From Acidobacteriota bacterium (lineage in GTDB: Bacteria; Acidobacteriota; UBA890; WLXD01): DNA of 64,000 bases. Numbering within the stretch: the stretch's first letter is position 1; each line of letters starts with the position of its first letter. The DNA lies in assembly GCA_963666215.2 (NCBI GenBank), contig CAXWPL010000003.1, positions 288,001-352,000 on the forward strand, given 5' to 3'. Below are positions 39,417 through 51,400 of this stretch, one piece after another. The notes under the pieces were generated by a model. The model saw only the letters and a list, made by a program, of their open reading frames with translations, searched no databases and had not been told where the DNA came from. A program made the position numbers and the translations under genes.

Positions 39417-41159
39417 CTACCACAGCTTGTCCACCTCGTCGGTGAGCCCCGTGAGCTCCCAGTGGACGAGCGCAAACGGGATGAGCCCGGCATCCAGGAT
39501 CTCGTCGATCAGGTCGGGCATGTTGAAGTCGTCGCCGAGCTGGTGGGCACGCTCGGCGACGATCTTCTCGAACTGGGATCTCCCCACGGGGTAAGCCACT
39601 TGATACCCGGGAGCGCGGACGGCGTCGCGCTTGTGGTTCCACATCGAGCTGCTGTCGGCAATCGCCCAGCCGCGCGGCGTGTTGTCGGCCTCGAACTGGT
39701 TCCAACCGGCGTAGTCGACCTGGTTGGCGATGAACTTCAGCTCGCCCATCGCGCGTGCGGCCTCGTAGGTGAACTCGAGGACCTGGAGCTCGCGCGCCCG
39801 GCGGCCCGGGCTCTCGTCGTACACGCCCGCATACATGAGCATCTCCTCGATGCCGCCGCCGAACCCCTCCCATCGGGGGTGGGTCGACTCGTAGAGACGC
39901 CGTGCCGAACGTATCGGCGACAGATGGTCCATCGGCCGGACGGAATCGAGCCCGTGGCCGATGTCCTCGTGGATGATGTTCATCTTGGGGTTGCGCGCGA
40001 TCAGATTCGTGAAGAACGGCATCGGCCGGCCGATCCAGCTCGTTGACGCCGGTATCCGGACGTCGCCGAGCGTCTCGTAGCCGTCGGCCAGGCTGTCGAA
40101 GCCGCGTTCCCGAAGGAACCGCAACAACTCGTCCTCGGCGTCGGTATACGCCTGCAGGTACTCCATCGGATCTGTCATGGGAACCAGCGGCGGCAGGTCG
40201 AGGTTGCCGTTTTCCTCGAGTCTCAACGTCGCCATGTTGCGGTCCCACTCGCGGCGCGCCAGCGCCCAGGCCTCGTCCCAGGTGTAGGGCATCAACCAGA
40301 CGTTCTTCGCCCACCAGTTGAAGTTCTCGACTCCAACGCCCGTCGGCGCGGTCATCAAGTGCAGGTTGTCCTTGATCCAGTCTCGATAGTCCTGCACCGC
40401 CGCGAACGCCGCTTCGGCGTCGGCGACCAGCTCCGGGTGATGCTCCTGAAAGCGCGGTACCAACTCTCCCACCAGCATGCCCTCGCGCTCCATCGACCGG
40501 ATGCCCAGGAGAGCCATGTCGCGCTTGGCCTCGGCCAGGACGATGTTGGCTTTACCCTGTGCAAGGATCTTCGGCAAGGCACGCAACCTCACGCGGTAGG
40601 CGTCGATCTGTTCGGCGTCCAAGGGCAGGTCCGGGCGTGCCGACAGCCAGAAGTAGAAGCCGGGCTCGACCTTGGAGCTCGAGAAGCCGTAGAACGGTGA
40701 GCCCTTGGAGCTCGGCGAGCCCTAGTAGAAGTCGGGGCTGGTCGACCACGGCTTCATCACCCGGTGATAGAACTCGAGGCCGTTCATCTCGGCCCTGGCC
40801 AGGTGATAGTCGACCTGTTGCGGAATTGGCCACGCGCTGATGTCGAACGCCGCGAGACGACGCTGGTACTCGCCGAGCTCCCGATACTGCCGTGCCATGG
40901 CTGCTGGCGTGTAGTCCGGCACTCCGTCGGTGACCACTGGCTCGTGAAATACCCGGAATCTCTGGAAGAGCGCGACCAGGTCTTCGAAGCTACCGCCACG
41001 CTGGATCGCGGCCGAGGCCTCGGTCTCGGCGGCCGCCACCAGCGGCATTGCCTCGTGAGGCGAAGCCCCTGCCATGGACAGCATCATCATCAAACCGCTT
41101 GCGGCAACGGATCTCACGTACACGACGGGCCTCCTCACGGTGATTGGACGCGCGATCAC
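39417..41159 (-). pseudogene. DUF885-like secreted protein with an in-frame TAG (40722-40724)
   Basis: TSPDFY*GS versus paralogue TSPDFYWGS; IHEDIGH, WEGF..IEEM and PGYQVAYPVG; start approximate. Confidence 0.75.
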
Positions 41160-41487
41160 TATACCGCCGCTACAACGCAATCTCGCGGCTCGGTCGCAGT
41201 CTGCTGGCCGTCGAACGCATGTGCGAATGGGCGGCACCCTACGTCGAACGCTAGCGGCCCGAATCGCGCCACGTTCGGGTTGGGGTATCGCCCCACTGTT
41301 CGAGCCGAGAAGCGGAGCGTCGAAGCTGTGAGTCGACCTAGCGAGCCCCCGGACCCGCGGGCCGTCGGTGACGCCCCCGCGCGGCGATGGACGCTCGACT
41401 CGAGCGGACAAATCTCGACTTGTGTGCGGTAGCCCATAAGATGGCGTGGTGTCGCCACTCGAACCAGAACCTCACTCGGGTACCGAG

Positions 41488-42768
41488 ATGTCGAACCGTT
41501 GCCACACCACCGGCGTCGGGCTGCTGGCTCTGGTCGCCGCTCTGGCGCTGGCGGGCAGCGCCCAGGGCCAAGACCCGGGCCAGGCCGCGAGAATCGTCTT
41601 CCGCTCGGAGCGCGACGGCAACAGCGAAATCTACGTGATCGACGCCGATGGCTCCGATCTGAACAACCTCACGAGGCATCGCGGACGGGACGCCTGGCCC
41701 TCCTCGTCGCATGACGGCTCGCGCATCGCCTTCGTGTCGGATCGCGGCGGCGGCGCCGAGCTGTGGGTAATGGCACGCGACGGATCAGCCCCTCGCCAGC
41801 TGACCTCTTTGACGGTCCGTGACGGCTTCGTCGCCTGGTCGCCCGACGACACCCGCATCGTGTTGGTGGCCGAGGGAGACGGCAATCGGGAGCTGTACTC
41901 GGTTCGAGCCGACGGTTCGGGCCTGCAGCGCCTGACGTCGCATCCGGCAGCGGACGAGCGGCCTTCTTGGTCGCCCGACGGCAAGTGGATCGCCCTTCAG
42001 TCCGAGCGCCACGGCAACTCCGAGATCTATGTCATGAGCGCCGATGGCTCCGGCAAGCGCCGCCTCTCGCACACGTCAGCGAGCGAGGCGGTCCCGTCCT
42101 TTTCGCCCGACGGTCGTCGGATCCTGTTCGAGTCGGACCGCGACGGCAACCTCGATATCTGGATCACCGACGCCGGCCGGTGGGAACCGCGGCGCCTGAC
42201 CGACCGGCTCGCCCCCGACGGCTACCCGAAGTGGTCGCCCGACGGCACGCAGGTCATCCACGACACCGACTTCGGCCTCCACGGCGACGGACGCTACAAG
42301 CTTTTTCTCGTGAGCCTCGACGGCGCCGACCCCGTGCGGCTGACCGACAACGAGGCCGACGATGGCTATGTCTCCTGGTCACCGGACGGCGACCGGCTGG
42401 CGTTCATGTCGGACCGCGATGGCAATAGCGAGATCTACACGATGCGCCTCGACGGCAGCGACCCGCGGCGGCTGACTCACCACGAGGCGGTTGATAGCGA
42501 GCCTTCCTTCTCGCCGCCGTCCCCGCAGCAGCCGGCGGCCCGATCCGCTGCGTTGGTGTCGGTGGCAGAGCTGCTCGCCGAAGCGAGTGATGCGGCGCGG
42601 CGGGCGGCGATCGTTTTTCACTCCGAGCGCGACGGCAATCGCGAGATCTACGTCATGGGCGCCGACGGTAGCGCGCAGACGCGCCTGACCTATCATCCAG
42701 CCACCGACGGCTCGCCCGTCTGGTCGCCCGACGGTTCCAGCACGCTGCACGCCCCTCGCATCATCTGA
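41488..42768 (+). CDS. TolB-like PD40 beta-propeller protein; second propeller truncated
   Basis: Repeated SERDGNxEIY and PxWSPDG units; a new propeller starts near 42610 but ends abruptly at WSPDGS-STLHAPRII*. Confidence 0.8.
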   Translation: MSNRCHTTGVGLLALVAALALAGSAQGQDPGQAARIVFRSERDGNSEIYVIDADGSDLNNLTRHRGRDAWPSSSHDGSRIAFVSDRGGGAELWVMARDGSAPRQLTSLTVRDGFVAWSPDDTRIVLVAEGDGNRELYSVRADGSGLQRLTSHPAADERPSWSPDGKWIALQSERHGNSEIYVMSADGSGKRRLSHTSASEAVPSFSPDGRRILFESDRDGNLDIWITDAGRWEPRRLTDRLAPDGYPKWSPDGTQVIHDTDFGLHGDGRYKLFLVSLDGADPVRLTDNEADDGYVSWSPDGDRLAFMSDRDGNSEIYTMRLDGSDPRRLTHHEAVDSEPSFSPPSPQQPAARSAALVSVAELLAEASDAARRAAIVFHSERDGNREIYVMGADGSAQTRLTYHPATDGSPVWSPDGSSTLHAPRII

Positions 42769-42777
42769 GGTAGGAAC

Positions 42778-44463
42778 ATGACCCGGAAGCTCAACCGCCA
42801 TAGTGCACGGATCACCCAGCCGGCTTCACAAGGGGCGTCGCAGGCGATGCTCTACGGAACCGGCCTCAGCGCCGCCGACATGGATCGGCCGCAGGTCGGC
42901 ATCGCCAGCGTTTGGTACGAAGGCAACACCTGCAACATGCATCTGCTCGAGCTCGCCGAGGAGGTCAAGAACGGGGTTGGCAAGGCAGGGCTTATCGGGC
43001 TTCGGTTCAACACCATCGGCGTTAGCGACGGCATCTCGATGGGCACCGACGGGATGAGCTACTCGCTGCAATCACGTGACTTGATCGCCGACTCGGTCGA
43101 AACGGTGATGGCGGCGCAGTGGTATGACGCCAACATCTCGATTCCAGGCTGCGACAAGAACATGCCCGGCGTCGTGATGGCGATGGGCCGCCTCGACCGA
43201 CCGTCGCTGATGGTTTACGGAGGCACCATTCAGCCCGGCATCGATCCGCAGACCGGTGAGGCAATCGACGTAGCCTCGGCGTTCCAGAGCTATGGCCAGC
43301 TGGTCGGCGGTGAGATCGACGACGAGCGCCGGCGCGGCATCGTGGCGGCCGCCTGCCCCGGAGCCGGAGCCTGCGGTGGCATGTACACCGCCAACACCAT
43401 GGCGAGCGCAATCGAGGCTCTCGGCATGACGCTGTCGTACAGCGCCTCGACGCCGGCCACCGATCCTGCCAAGCGCGCCGAGTGCCGCGCCGCGGGCACC
43501 GCGATCCGTCGCCTGCTCGAGCTCGATCTCAAACCGAGCGACATCATGACGCGGGCGGCATTCGAGAACGCCATGGTGGTCGTGACCGTGCTCGGCGGCT
43601 CAACCAACGCCGTGCTCCATCTGATCGCCATGGCGCGGTCGGTCAGCATCGACCTCACGCTCGACGACTTCCAGTCGGTGAGCGATAGGATCCCCTACCT
43701 CGCCGACCTGAAGCCTTCGGGGCGCTACGTCATGGCAGATCTTCATCGTGTGGGCGGAACTCCCGGCGTGATGAAATATTTGCTCGCCAACGGCCTGCTC
43801 GACGGTAGCTGCATGACGGTCTCGGGCACGACGCTGGCCGAAGTTCTCGCTCCTTTGCCAGAGCTCGACGCCGACCAGGACGTGATTCATCGCCTCGAGA
43901 GTCCAATCAAGGCCACCGGCCATCTGCAGATGCTACGTGGGAACCTGGCCCCCGAAGGGGCGGTGGCCAAGATCACCGGCAAGGAGGGCCTGCGCTTCGA
44001 CGGGCCGGCGCGTGTCTACGACTCCGAAGAGGCGATGCTCGCTGCGGTCGAGCGTCATGAGATCAACAAGCGCGACGTCGTGGTGATCCGCTACGAGGGC
44101 CCCAAGGGCGGCCCGGGGATGCCCGAGATGCTGACGCCCACGTCGGCGCTCGTGGGCGCCGGGCTGGCCAGTGACGTGGCGTTGATCACCGACGGCCGCT
44201 TCTCCGGTGCGTCCCACGGCTTCATCATCGGGCACGTCGTCCCCGAGGCTCAAGACGGCGGACCGATCGCGTTGCTGCGCGACGGTGATCGCATCAACAT
44301 CGACGCCGAGGCGCGCACCATCGACGTCGACATCGAGCCGGCGGAGCTGCAGCGTCGCCGCGACGCCTGGTCGCCACCGCCGCTCAAGGCCGAGCGCGGC
44401 ACGCTGTTCAAGTACATCCGATCGGTCCAGAGCGCCACACGAGGCTGCGTCACCGACGAGTGA
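42778..44463 (+). CDS. ilvD: Dihydroxy-acid dehydratase
   Basis: [45 protein letters not shown] and TDGRFSG motifs. Confidence 0.97.
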   Translation: MTRKLNRHSARITQPASQGASQAMLYGTGLSAADMDRPQVGIASVWYEGNTCNMHLLELAEEVKNGVGKAGLIGLRFNTIGVSDGISMGTDGMSYSLQSRDLIADSVETVMAAQWYDANISIPGCDKNMPGVVMAMGRLDRPSLMVYGGTIQPGIDPQTGEAIDVASAFQSYGQLVGGEIDDERRRGIVAAACPGAGACGGMYTANTMASAIEALGMTLSYSASTPATDPAKRAECRAAGTAIRRLLELDLKPSDIMTRAAFENAMVVVTVLGGSTNAVLHLIAMARSVSIDLTLDDFQSVSDRIPYLADLKPSGRYVMADLHRVGGTPGVMKYLLANGLLDGSCMTVSGTTLAEVLAPLPELDADQDVIHRLESPIKATGHLQMLRGNLAPEGAVAKITGKEGLRFDGPARVYDSEEAMLAAVERHEINKRDVVVIRYEGPKGGPGMPEMLTPTSALVGAGLASDVALITDGRFSGASHGFIIGHVVPEAQDGGPIALLRDGDRINIDAEARTIDVDIEPAELQRRRDAWSPPPLKAERGTLFKYIRSVQSATRGCVTDE

Positions 44464-44523
44464 AGCCGACGCTCGACGGTCGTTCGGGAGCCGGAGGAAG
44501 CAGGTCGAGCGAGGAAGAAGGGC

Positions 44524-44553
44524 TTGACACGGATTTCCACGACTCGTTAACCT
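44524..44553 (+). promoter_or_regulatory. Sigma70-type promoter upstream of ilvC
   Basis: TTGACA (44524-44529), 18-nt spacer, TAACCT (44548-44553). Confidence 0.6.
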
Positions 44554-44568
44554 ACCGATCGGTCGGTA
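44553..44568. promoter_or_regulatory. Palindromic operator-like site TACCGA-N4-TCGGTA
   Basis: Perfect 6-bp inverted repeat over the predicted -10/+1 region. Confidence 0.5.
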
Positions 44569-44609
44569 ACCCATGCGCTGGCCGCCTCGAATTTCGATCT
44601 TGACGACCG

Positions 44610-44649
44610 AGCTGCGGCCTTCGGCAACTCCGAGGGGGCAGCTTTTGTT
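44610..44649 (+). terminator. Intrinsic terminator or attenuator-like hairpin in the ilvC leader
   Basis: AGCTGC-gg-CCTTCGG-caact-CCGAGGG-g-GCAGCT followed by TTTGTT. Confidence 0.55.
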
Positions 44650-44675
44650 CCATCGCACTAGCGGAGCACAGCGAA

Positions 44676-45737
44676 ATGGCACGGATCTACTACGACGACG
44701 ATGCTGATCTGAGCGTCCTGGCAGGCAAGCGCGTTGCCGTCCTCGGCTACGGCAGTCAGGGACACGCCCATGCCCTCAACCTGCAGGACAGCGGTATCGA
44801 GGTTCGGGTGGGGCTACCGGAGTCGAGTCGGAGTCGTGCCCGCGCCCTCGCCCACGGCGTCACGGTTGACACACCGGCCGCAGCCACCGAGTGGGCCGAC
44901 ATTGTTATGGTCCTCGCCCCCGACACCACGCAGCCGGAGCTTTATCGCGACGAGATCGCTCCAGGATTGCGCGTCGGCGACACGCTGATGTTCGCGCACG
45001 GCTTCAACATCCGCTACGGAACCATCGAGGCTCCCGAGGGTGTCGACGTTTCGATGATCGCCCCCAAGGCGCCCGGCCACCGGGTGCGCGAGATCTTCCG
45101 CGAAGGGCAGGGTACACCCGCCCTGCTCGCCATCCACGCCGACGCCACCGGTAACGCCAGGGAGACGGCGTTGGCCTACGCCAAGGCGATCGGCTGCACG
45201 CGCGCCGGGGTTATCGAAACGACCTTCTCGGAGGAAACCGAGACCGATCTGTTCGGCGAACAGGCCGTGCTCTGTGGCGGCGTTTCGGCGCTGGTGCAGG
45301 CGGGCTTCGACACGCTGGTCGACGCGGGCTACCAGCCCGAGATCGCCTATTTCGAGTGCCTCCACGAGCTCAAGCTGATCGTCGACCTGATGTACCAGGG
45401 CGGCATCACCTACATGCGTCACTCGGTTTCGGACACTGCCGAGCACGGCGATTACACCGGTGGACCCCGCATTGTCACCCAGGAAACGCGCCAGGAGATG
45501 GCGCGAATGCTCCAGGAGATCCAAGAGGGCGTTTACGCCGACAAGTGGGTTTCGGAGCACAAGGCCGGGCGTCCCTGGTTCAACGAGCAGCGTCGCAGCG
45601 GCCGGGCGCACCCCATCGAAGAGGTCGGCGAGCGTTTGCGCTCGATGATGCCTTTCCTCGATGCGGTTCGTGTTACCTCCGACGGCGACTCCGACGAGGT
45701 CGAGAGCTCCGTCCCCGAGCTGACCGCGACGGTCTGA
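44676..45737 (+). CDS. ilvC: Ketol-acid reductoisomerase
   Basis: [34 protein letters not shown] and AYFECLHE motifs. Confidence 0.97.
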   Translation: MARIYYDDDADLSVLAGKRVAVLGYGSQGHAHALNLQDSGIEVRVGLPESSRSRARALAHGVTVDTPAAATEWADIVMVLAPDTTQPELYRDEIAPGLRVGDTLMFAHGFNIRYGTIEAPEGVDVSMIAPKAPGHRVREIFREGQGTPALLAIHADATGNARETALAYAKAIGCTRAGVIETTFSEETETDLFGEQAVLCGGVSALVQAGFDTLVDAGYQPEIAYFECLHELKLIVDLMYQGGITYMRHSVSDTAEHGDYTGGPRIVTQETRQEMARMLQEIQEGVYADKWVSEHKAGRPWFNEQRRSGRAHPIEEVGERLRSMMPFLDAVRVTSDGDSDEVESSVPELTATV

Positions 45738-45745
45738 GCACTCCG

Positions 45746-47518
45746 ATGCCCACTACGAGCGCGATAGCAAACGAGCCTGAGATGTCGCCCGGGGTCCGCG
45801 ACCCCGGCACCGCAACACGGACAGGCGGCGAAGCCGTCGTCCGTTGCCTCGAACGCGAGGGAGTGGAGTACGTCTTCGGACTCAACGGCGGCGCCGCGCT
45901 GCCCATCTTCGACGCTCTCGTCGACTCGGATATCGAGCTCGTTCATGTGCGACACGAGCAGGGCGCCATGCACATGGCCGACGGCTACGCACGTGCCACC
46001 GGGCGGCCGGGAGTGGTACTGGTGACCTCGGGCCCAGGAGCCACGAATACGGTTACCGGCCTGCTGACGGCGCAAATGGACTCGATTCCGCTCGTGGTGC
46101 TCACCGGCCAAACCATCACCTCGATGCTCGGCAAGGACGCCTTCCAGGAGGCCGACGTCACCGGCATCACCTACCCCGTGGTGAAGTACAGCTACCTGGT
46201 CAAGGACGCGGCCGACATCCCACACGTGATGCGCGAGGCGTTCCACCTGGCGACGACGGGTCGCCCCGGCCCGGTGCTGATCGACCTTCCAAAGAACGTG
46301 ACCGCCGGGCCCTGCTCGGCGCCGTTCGTCGACGAGGTCGAGCTGCCCGGCTATGAGGTGCCGAGCCGGCCCGATCCCGCGGCGCTGGCGCGCGCCGCGA
46401 CGCTGCTCAACCGCAGCCGCCGCGCGCTGCTGCTGGTGGGTCACGGTGCGGTGCTGTCGGATGCCGGCGCCGCGATCTACGAGCTCGCCGAGAGGCGGGG
46501 GGCCTGCATCGTCAACACGCTGCTCGGTAAGGGAGCAGTCGCCGAGGACTTGCCACTGCATCTCGGGATGCTCGGGATGCATGGCACGGCCTACGCCAAC
46601 AAGGCAGTGGCCAACTGCGACCTCATCATGGCGATTGGCTCGCGCTGGGACGATCGCATTACCGGCAAGCTCAGCGAGTTCTGTGCCGATGCCGTCAAGA
46701 TCCATGTCGACATCGATGTCGCGGAGTTCGGCAAGGTGCTGCAGCCCGATGTCTGCCTGGCCGGCGATGCGCGCCGCGTTGTCGAGGAGCTTCTGCCCCT
46801 CGTGAGCACGAACGACAGCGACGAGTGGCTCGAGGAGACCATGGTATGGCGAGCCGAGTACCCGCTCGCTTACCCACGCGACGGGCGTCTGAGGGCGCAG
46901 CACATACTCGACCGTCTCGACCAGCTCGGCGGTCGCGACTCGATTCTGACCACCGACGTCGGGCAGCACCAAATGTGGGCGGCGCAGTTCTGCCGTACGA
47001 CTCGCCGGCGGCACTGGCTCTCGAGCGGCGGCGCCGGGACGATGGGTTTCGGCTTCCCCGCCGCCATCGGCGCGCAGCTCGGATGTCCTGACAAGCCGGT
47101 GTGGGCAATCGTCGGCGACGGCGGATTTCAGATGACCCTCGCCGAGTTGGCCACGGCGGCTCTCCAACGAGTGCCCGTAAAAATCCTGATCATCAACAAC
47201 GGCTGTCTGGGGATGATCCGTCAGTGGCAGGACCTGTTCTTCAACAACCGACGCAGCGGCGCCGACCTCGCCGGCAATCCCGACTTCGTCAAGCTGGCCG
47301 AGGCCTACGGCATCAAGGCGTGGCGACTCGATGATCCCGAAGACGTGGATCGAGTGCTGCTGCAGGCGCACGCCTATAACGATGGCCCATGCGTGATCGA
47401 GGCCCAGGTGGTGAAGGACGACAACGTCTTCCCGATGATTCCAGCCGGCGCCGCCGTGCACGAGATGATCACCGAACCGCCCGCCGGCCCCCTCGCCAAG
47501 CCAACTGGATCGACCTGA
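45746..47518 (+). CDS. ilvB: Acetolactate synthase large subunit
   Basis: RHEQGA, TSGPGATN, DAFQEAD, GMLGMHG, DVGQHQMW and GDGGFQM...NN motifs. Confidence 0.95.
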   Translation: MPTTSAIANEPEMSPGVRDPGTATRTGGEAVVRCLEREGVEYVFGLNGGAALPIFDALVDSDIELVHVRHEQGAMHMADGYARATGRPGVVLVTSGPGATNTVTGLLTAQMDSIPLVVLTGQTITSMLGKDAFQEADVTGITYPVVKYSYLVKDAADIPHVMREAFHLATTGRPGPVLIDLPKNVTAGPCSAPFVDEVELPGYEVPSRPDPAALARAATLLNRSRRALLLVGHGAVLSDAGAAIYELAERRGACIVNTLLGKGAVAEDLPLHLGMLGMHGTAYANKAVANCDLIMAIGSRWDDRITGKLSEFCADAVKIHVDIDVAEFGKVLQPDVCLAGDARRVVEELLPLVSTNDSDEWLEETMVWRAEYPLAYPRDGRLRAQHILDRLDQLGGRDSILTTDVGQHQMWAAQFCRTTRRRHWLSSGGAGTMGFGFPAAIGAQLGCPDKPVWAIVGDGGFQMTLAELATAALQRVPVKILIINNGCLGMIRQWQDLFFNNRRSGADLAGNPDFVKLAEAYGIKAWRLDDPEDVDRVLLQAHAYNDGPCVIEAQVVKDDNVFPMIPAGAAVHEMITEPPAGPLAKPTGST

Positions 47519-47619
47519 CGCGCGGGACCGGCCGAGGAGCGCCATGGCGCTCCTCAAACCCGCTCACTGCCGGAACCAGATCACCAGAACGACCAGCAGA
47601 AAGACCTTCGAGACAGACC

Positions 47620-48207
47620 ATGAGTCAGACCGTGAGCGTCGCAGCTGTGGACGCCGTACCCGAGATCGACGCCTCCGGCGGGGACGTGCAGCAGGTAACG
47701 CGACGAAGTGCCGCCAGGCGCGTCCACACGATCTCGATCCTGGTGCGCGATCGGCCCGGCGTGCTGGTTCGGGTGGCGCTGGTCTTCGCGCGCCGCGGCT
47801 ACAACATCGAGGGCATGGTGGTCAGCCCGGGCATCGACCAGGGTGAGCTGTCGCGCATGACCATCTCGTGCAGCGGCGACGACGCTACGCTCGAGCAGAT
47901 CCGCAAGCAGCTCGCCAAGCTCGTCGATGTCGTCCACGCCATCGATCACACCGGTGAGGACGTTCTGGAGACGGAGATCGCCCTGATCAAGATCCGCTGC
48001 CCGCTCGAGGAGCGCACGGGCATCCTGCAGATCGCCGACCAATACCGCGCCAAGGTCGTCGACTACGATGCCAGCGCGCTCGTTCTCCGTGTCTACGGCA
48101 GCCCCGCCAAGCTCAACGCCGTGATCGGTCTGCTCGAGGGGTACGCGGTGGTCGAGTTGGTGCGCTCCGGCAAGTTGCTGATGGCGCGCGGCCTGCACAC
48201 GACCTGA
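47620..48207 (+). CDS. ilvN: Acetolactate synthase small (regulatory) subunit
   Basis: HTISILVRDRPGVLVRV...RRGYNIE...QLAKLVDV...ELVRSG. Confidence 0.92.
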   Translation: MSQTVSVAAVDAVPEIDASGGDVQQVTRRSAARRVHTISILVRDRPGVLVRVALVFARRGYNIEGMVVSPGIDQGELSRMTISCSGDDATLEQIRKQLAKLVDVVHAIDHTGEDVLETEIALIKIRCPLEERTGILQIADQYRAKVVDYDASALVLRVYGSPAKLNAVIGLLEGYAVVELVRSGKLLMARGLHTT

Positions 48208-48431
48208 GCTCCAGAAGGTCGACCACGGGGCGTGCCGGTGGTCGGGGCCAGCGACGAGCTGTGGGCTGTCTGAGCAAACTTGCGTGAAATCGGCAGTTCG
48301 TCACGCGTGGCGGACTCGGCGGACTCGGCGGTTTCCGTTGCCTAGTCTCGCTGGCGGGACTATCGTGGGCCGAGTCGGAGCCGCGGGGCCGCGCCGTTGC
48401 CACCGCCCGAAACCGCATCGGAGGAGCGGGC

Positions 48432-51400
48432 ATGAGGAACCTTCACTGCCGCCTCATTGCGCTCGGGATGGTGGCCTTTCTTTCGGCGCCCGGCGTTCAG
48501 GCGGGTGCGAGCGTGCAGCAGATCGACGCGGCTATCTACAGCGAGCTTCGCTACCGCCATATCGGCCCTGAGGGCAACCGTGTCATCGCAGTCGCGGGCC
48601 TGCCCGGCAATCCCGACGTCATCTATGTAGGCGCCGCCTCGGGCGGAATCTGGAAAAGCACCGACGCGGGTCTCAACTGGGAGCCCGTGTTCGACGACGT
48701 CGACGTCGCCTCGGTGGGCTCACTAGCCATCGCGCCGTCCGACCCCAACGTCGTCTGGGCGGGCACCGGCGAGACCAACATCCGCAGCATGATCTCGATC
48801 GGCAACGGCATCTACAAATCGACCGATGCCGGGCGGACCTGGCAGCACATGGGGCTCGAGAAGACCGGCCGCATCGGACGATTGGCGATCCATCCGACGA
48901 ACCCCGACATCGTCTACGCGGCGGCAATGGGCACGTCGTACGGGCCGCAGGAGGAGCGTGGCGTCTTCCGCACGGTTGACGGTGGCGCGAGCTGGGGACG
49001 CGTCCTGTTCGTCGGCGACGATACGGGTGCCTCCGACGTCGTCATGGACCCGAGCAACCCGCGCAACCTGGTGGCGGGGATGTGGCCGCTCGACATCAAG
49101 ACGTGGCAGCGCAACAGCGGCGGGCCGAACGGAGGCGTGTTCGTCTCGAGAGACGGCGGCGACACCTGGCAGAAGGCCACACGAGGCCTGCCCGAGCCGC
49201 CGACCGGAAAGATCGCGCTGGCCTACGCGCCGAGCACTCCGCAGCGGATCTATGCGCTGATCGAGACCGACCAGCACGAGTTTGCCGGCGTGCTGTGGAG
49301 GTCCGACAACGGCGGTGATAGCTGGAATCTGATCAGCCGAGACCAGCAATACAGCACGCGGCCGCACTACTACAGCCGGTTGATCGTGGCGCCCGACAAC
49401 GACAACGAGGTCTACTTCCTCGCCACGCGGCTCACACGCACTCTCGACGGCGGCGAGACCGGGACGATCTTGCAGAACGCTGGCGGCGACCACCACGACA
49501 TGTGGATCGATCCGCTCGATCCCGATCGCATCCTGATTGCCAACGACGGCGGCATCCAGATCAGCACCAACCGGACTCGGTCCTGGTTCAGGCCCGACCT
49601 GCCAGTCGCGCAGATGTACCACGTCGCAGTGGACGATCAGATTCCGTACTTCGTCTACGGCAACCGCCAGGATGGCCCCACTCGGCGCGGCCCGAGCACG
49701 AGTCGGGCGGGCGGCAACTGGCACTCGGTGGGCGGCGGTGAGGCCGGCTGGGCGATCCCCGACCCATTCGACAACAACATCGTCTGGTCCTCCAACGAGC
49801 AGGGCGTGCTGACTCGGTACGACCTGCGCAGCGGCCACGTGACGAACGTGCAGGTGTGGCCCGAGACGCCGGTCGGCAAGTCGCCACGCGATATCAAGTA
49901 CCGCTGGGTGTGGAGCTATCCGGTGCTGGTCTCCAAGCACCGCTCGGGAACGCTGTACGTGGGCAGTCAGTACGTTCACAAAACGACCGGCGGCGGCCAA
50001 ACGTGGAGCGTGATCAGCCCCGATCTGACCACCGACGACGAGACCAAGCAGGTCAACTCGGGCGGCCTCACCTACGACAATGTCGGCGTCGACTACGGGA
50101 CAACGTTGTACGCCCTTGCCGAATCCCCACTCGACCAGAACGTCCTTTGGGCGGGGAGCAACGACGGACTGGTGCACGTCAGCCGCGATGGCGGACAGAG
50201 TTGGACCAACGTCACTGACGGGCTCGAAGGACTGCCGCCCTGGGGAACGATGAGCAACATCGAAGCGTCGCGCTACGACGTCGGCGCCGCCTACCTGACA
50301 GTGGACCTCCATCAGGTCGATGATCGTGACCCGTATGTCTACCGCACCAAGGACTTCGGAGGGTCGTGGACGCGGATCACCAGCGGCATTCCGCCGAGCA
50401 TGCTGAGCTATGCCCACGTCGTCCGCGAAGATCCCGTGCGTCGCGGCATGCTCTATGTGGGAACCGAGAACGGCGTCTATCTGAGCCTCGACGACGGCGA
50501 CTCGTGGCTGCAGCTGCGCAACAACCTGCCGCCGGCGCCAGTCCACTGGCTGACGGTCCAGGAACGCTATGGCGACCTCGTTCTCGGCACCTACGGGCGC
50601 GGCTTCTGGATCATGGACGACCTGTCGCCGCTACGGCAGCTGAGCACCGAGGTGATCGCGAGCGAGGCTCATCTGTTCCAGCCACGTGCGAGCTACCGAC
50701 TGCAGCGCCGAAATCTTCCCGGCGAGCCGCAGCGGCGGCGGCCGCAGGGGTACACCGAGGATCCACCGTACGGGGCGCCGATCAACTACTACCTGCGTGA
50801 CGGCGTTGATGGCGACGTCAGCCTGACGATCCGCGACGCTGGCGGCGAGGTCGTCAAGCAGTTCTCGGGGCCGTCGGAAGCGGGGATCAACCGAGCGACC
50901 TGGGATCTACGACACGAGGAATCGCCGCCCATCAAGCTACGGACGCCGCCGCTGGGCCACCCGGGCCTTGCCTACGGGCCCGAGAGCATCCGCTACAACA
51001 CCGAGGGCTGGCGCGAGCTCGATGTCGAGGGCAGCGGGGCCAACGGGCCGATCGTGCCGCCCGGCACCTACACCGTTGAGTTAAGTCTCGGCGAAGGCGC
51101 GTCGTCAACAACGCTCGCGACGACCGTCGAAGTCCTCAAGGACCCGACGTCGGCGGCGACCGAGGAGGATATCGCCGAGCAGATCGACCTGGCGCTGCGA
51201 ATCCGCGACCAGGTCACCGTGCTCACGCGCATGGGGAACGACATCGAGTGGGTCCGCAAGCAGATCGACGACCTCGAAGAGCTCGTTGACGGCTCGGCGG
51301 ATGCACCCGTCATCAAGGAAGCCGCCGCCGAGCTCGACCAGAAGCTGATCGATCTGGAGCAGCAATTCTACATCCTGCAGACGACGGGGGCGTCGGAGAA

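Noticed and set aside
6998-40724. Genome-wide TAG reassignment
   Set aside because: Many clear genes end at TAG at their natural C-terminus (e.g. 1237, 5200, 12621, 51635, 58043), and the internal TAGs align to different residues
41590-42740. Recurring GACGGCAA/TGGTCGCCCGACGG DNA repeats as a possible array
   Set aside because: They are codons of PD40 protein repeats
48309-48328. GGCGGACTC short tandem repeat
   Set aside because: Too short in GC-rich DNA to be meaningful
1510-50546. Long antisense ORFs (1510..3192, 10816..12399, 38067..40046, 45533..47557, 48723..50546)
   Set aside because: Expected stop-free shadows of high-GC coding sequence; no family motifs
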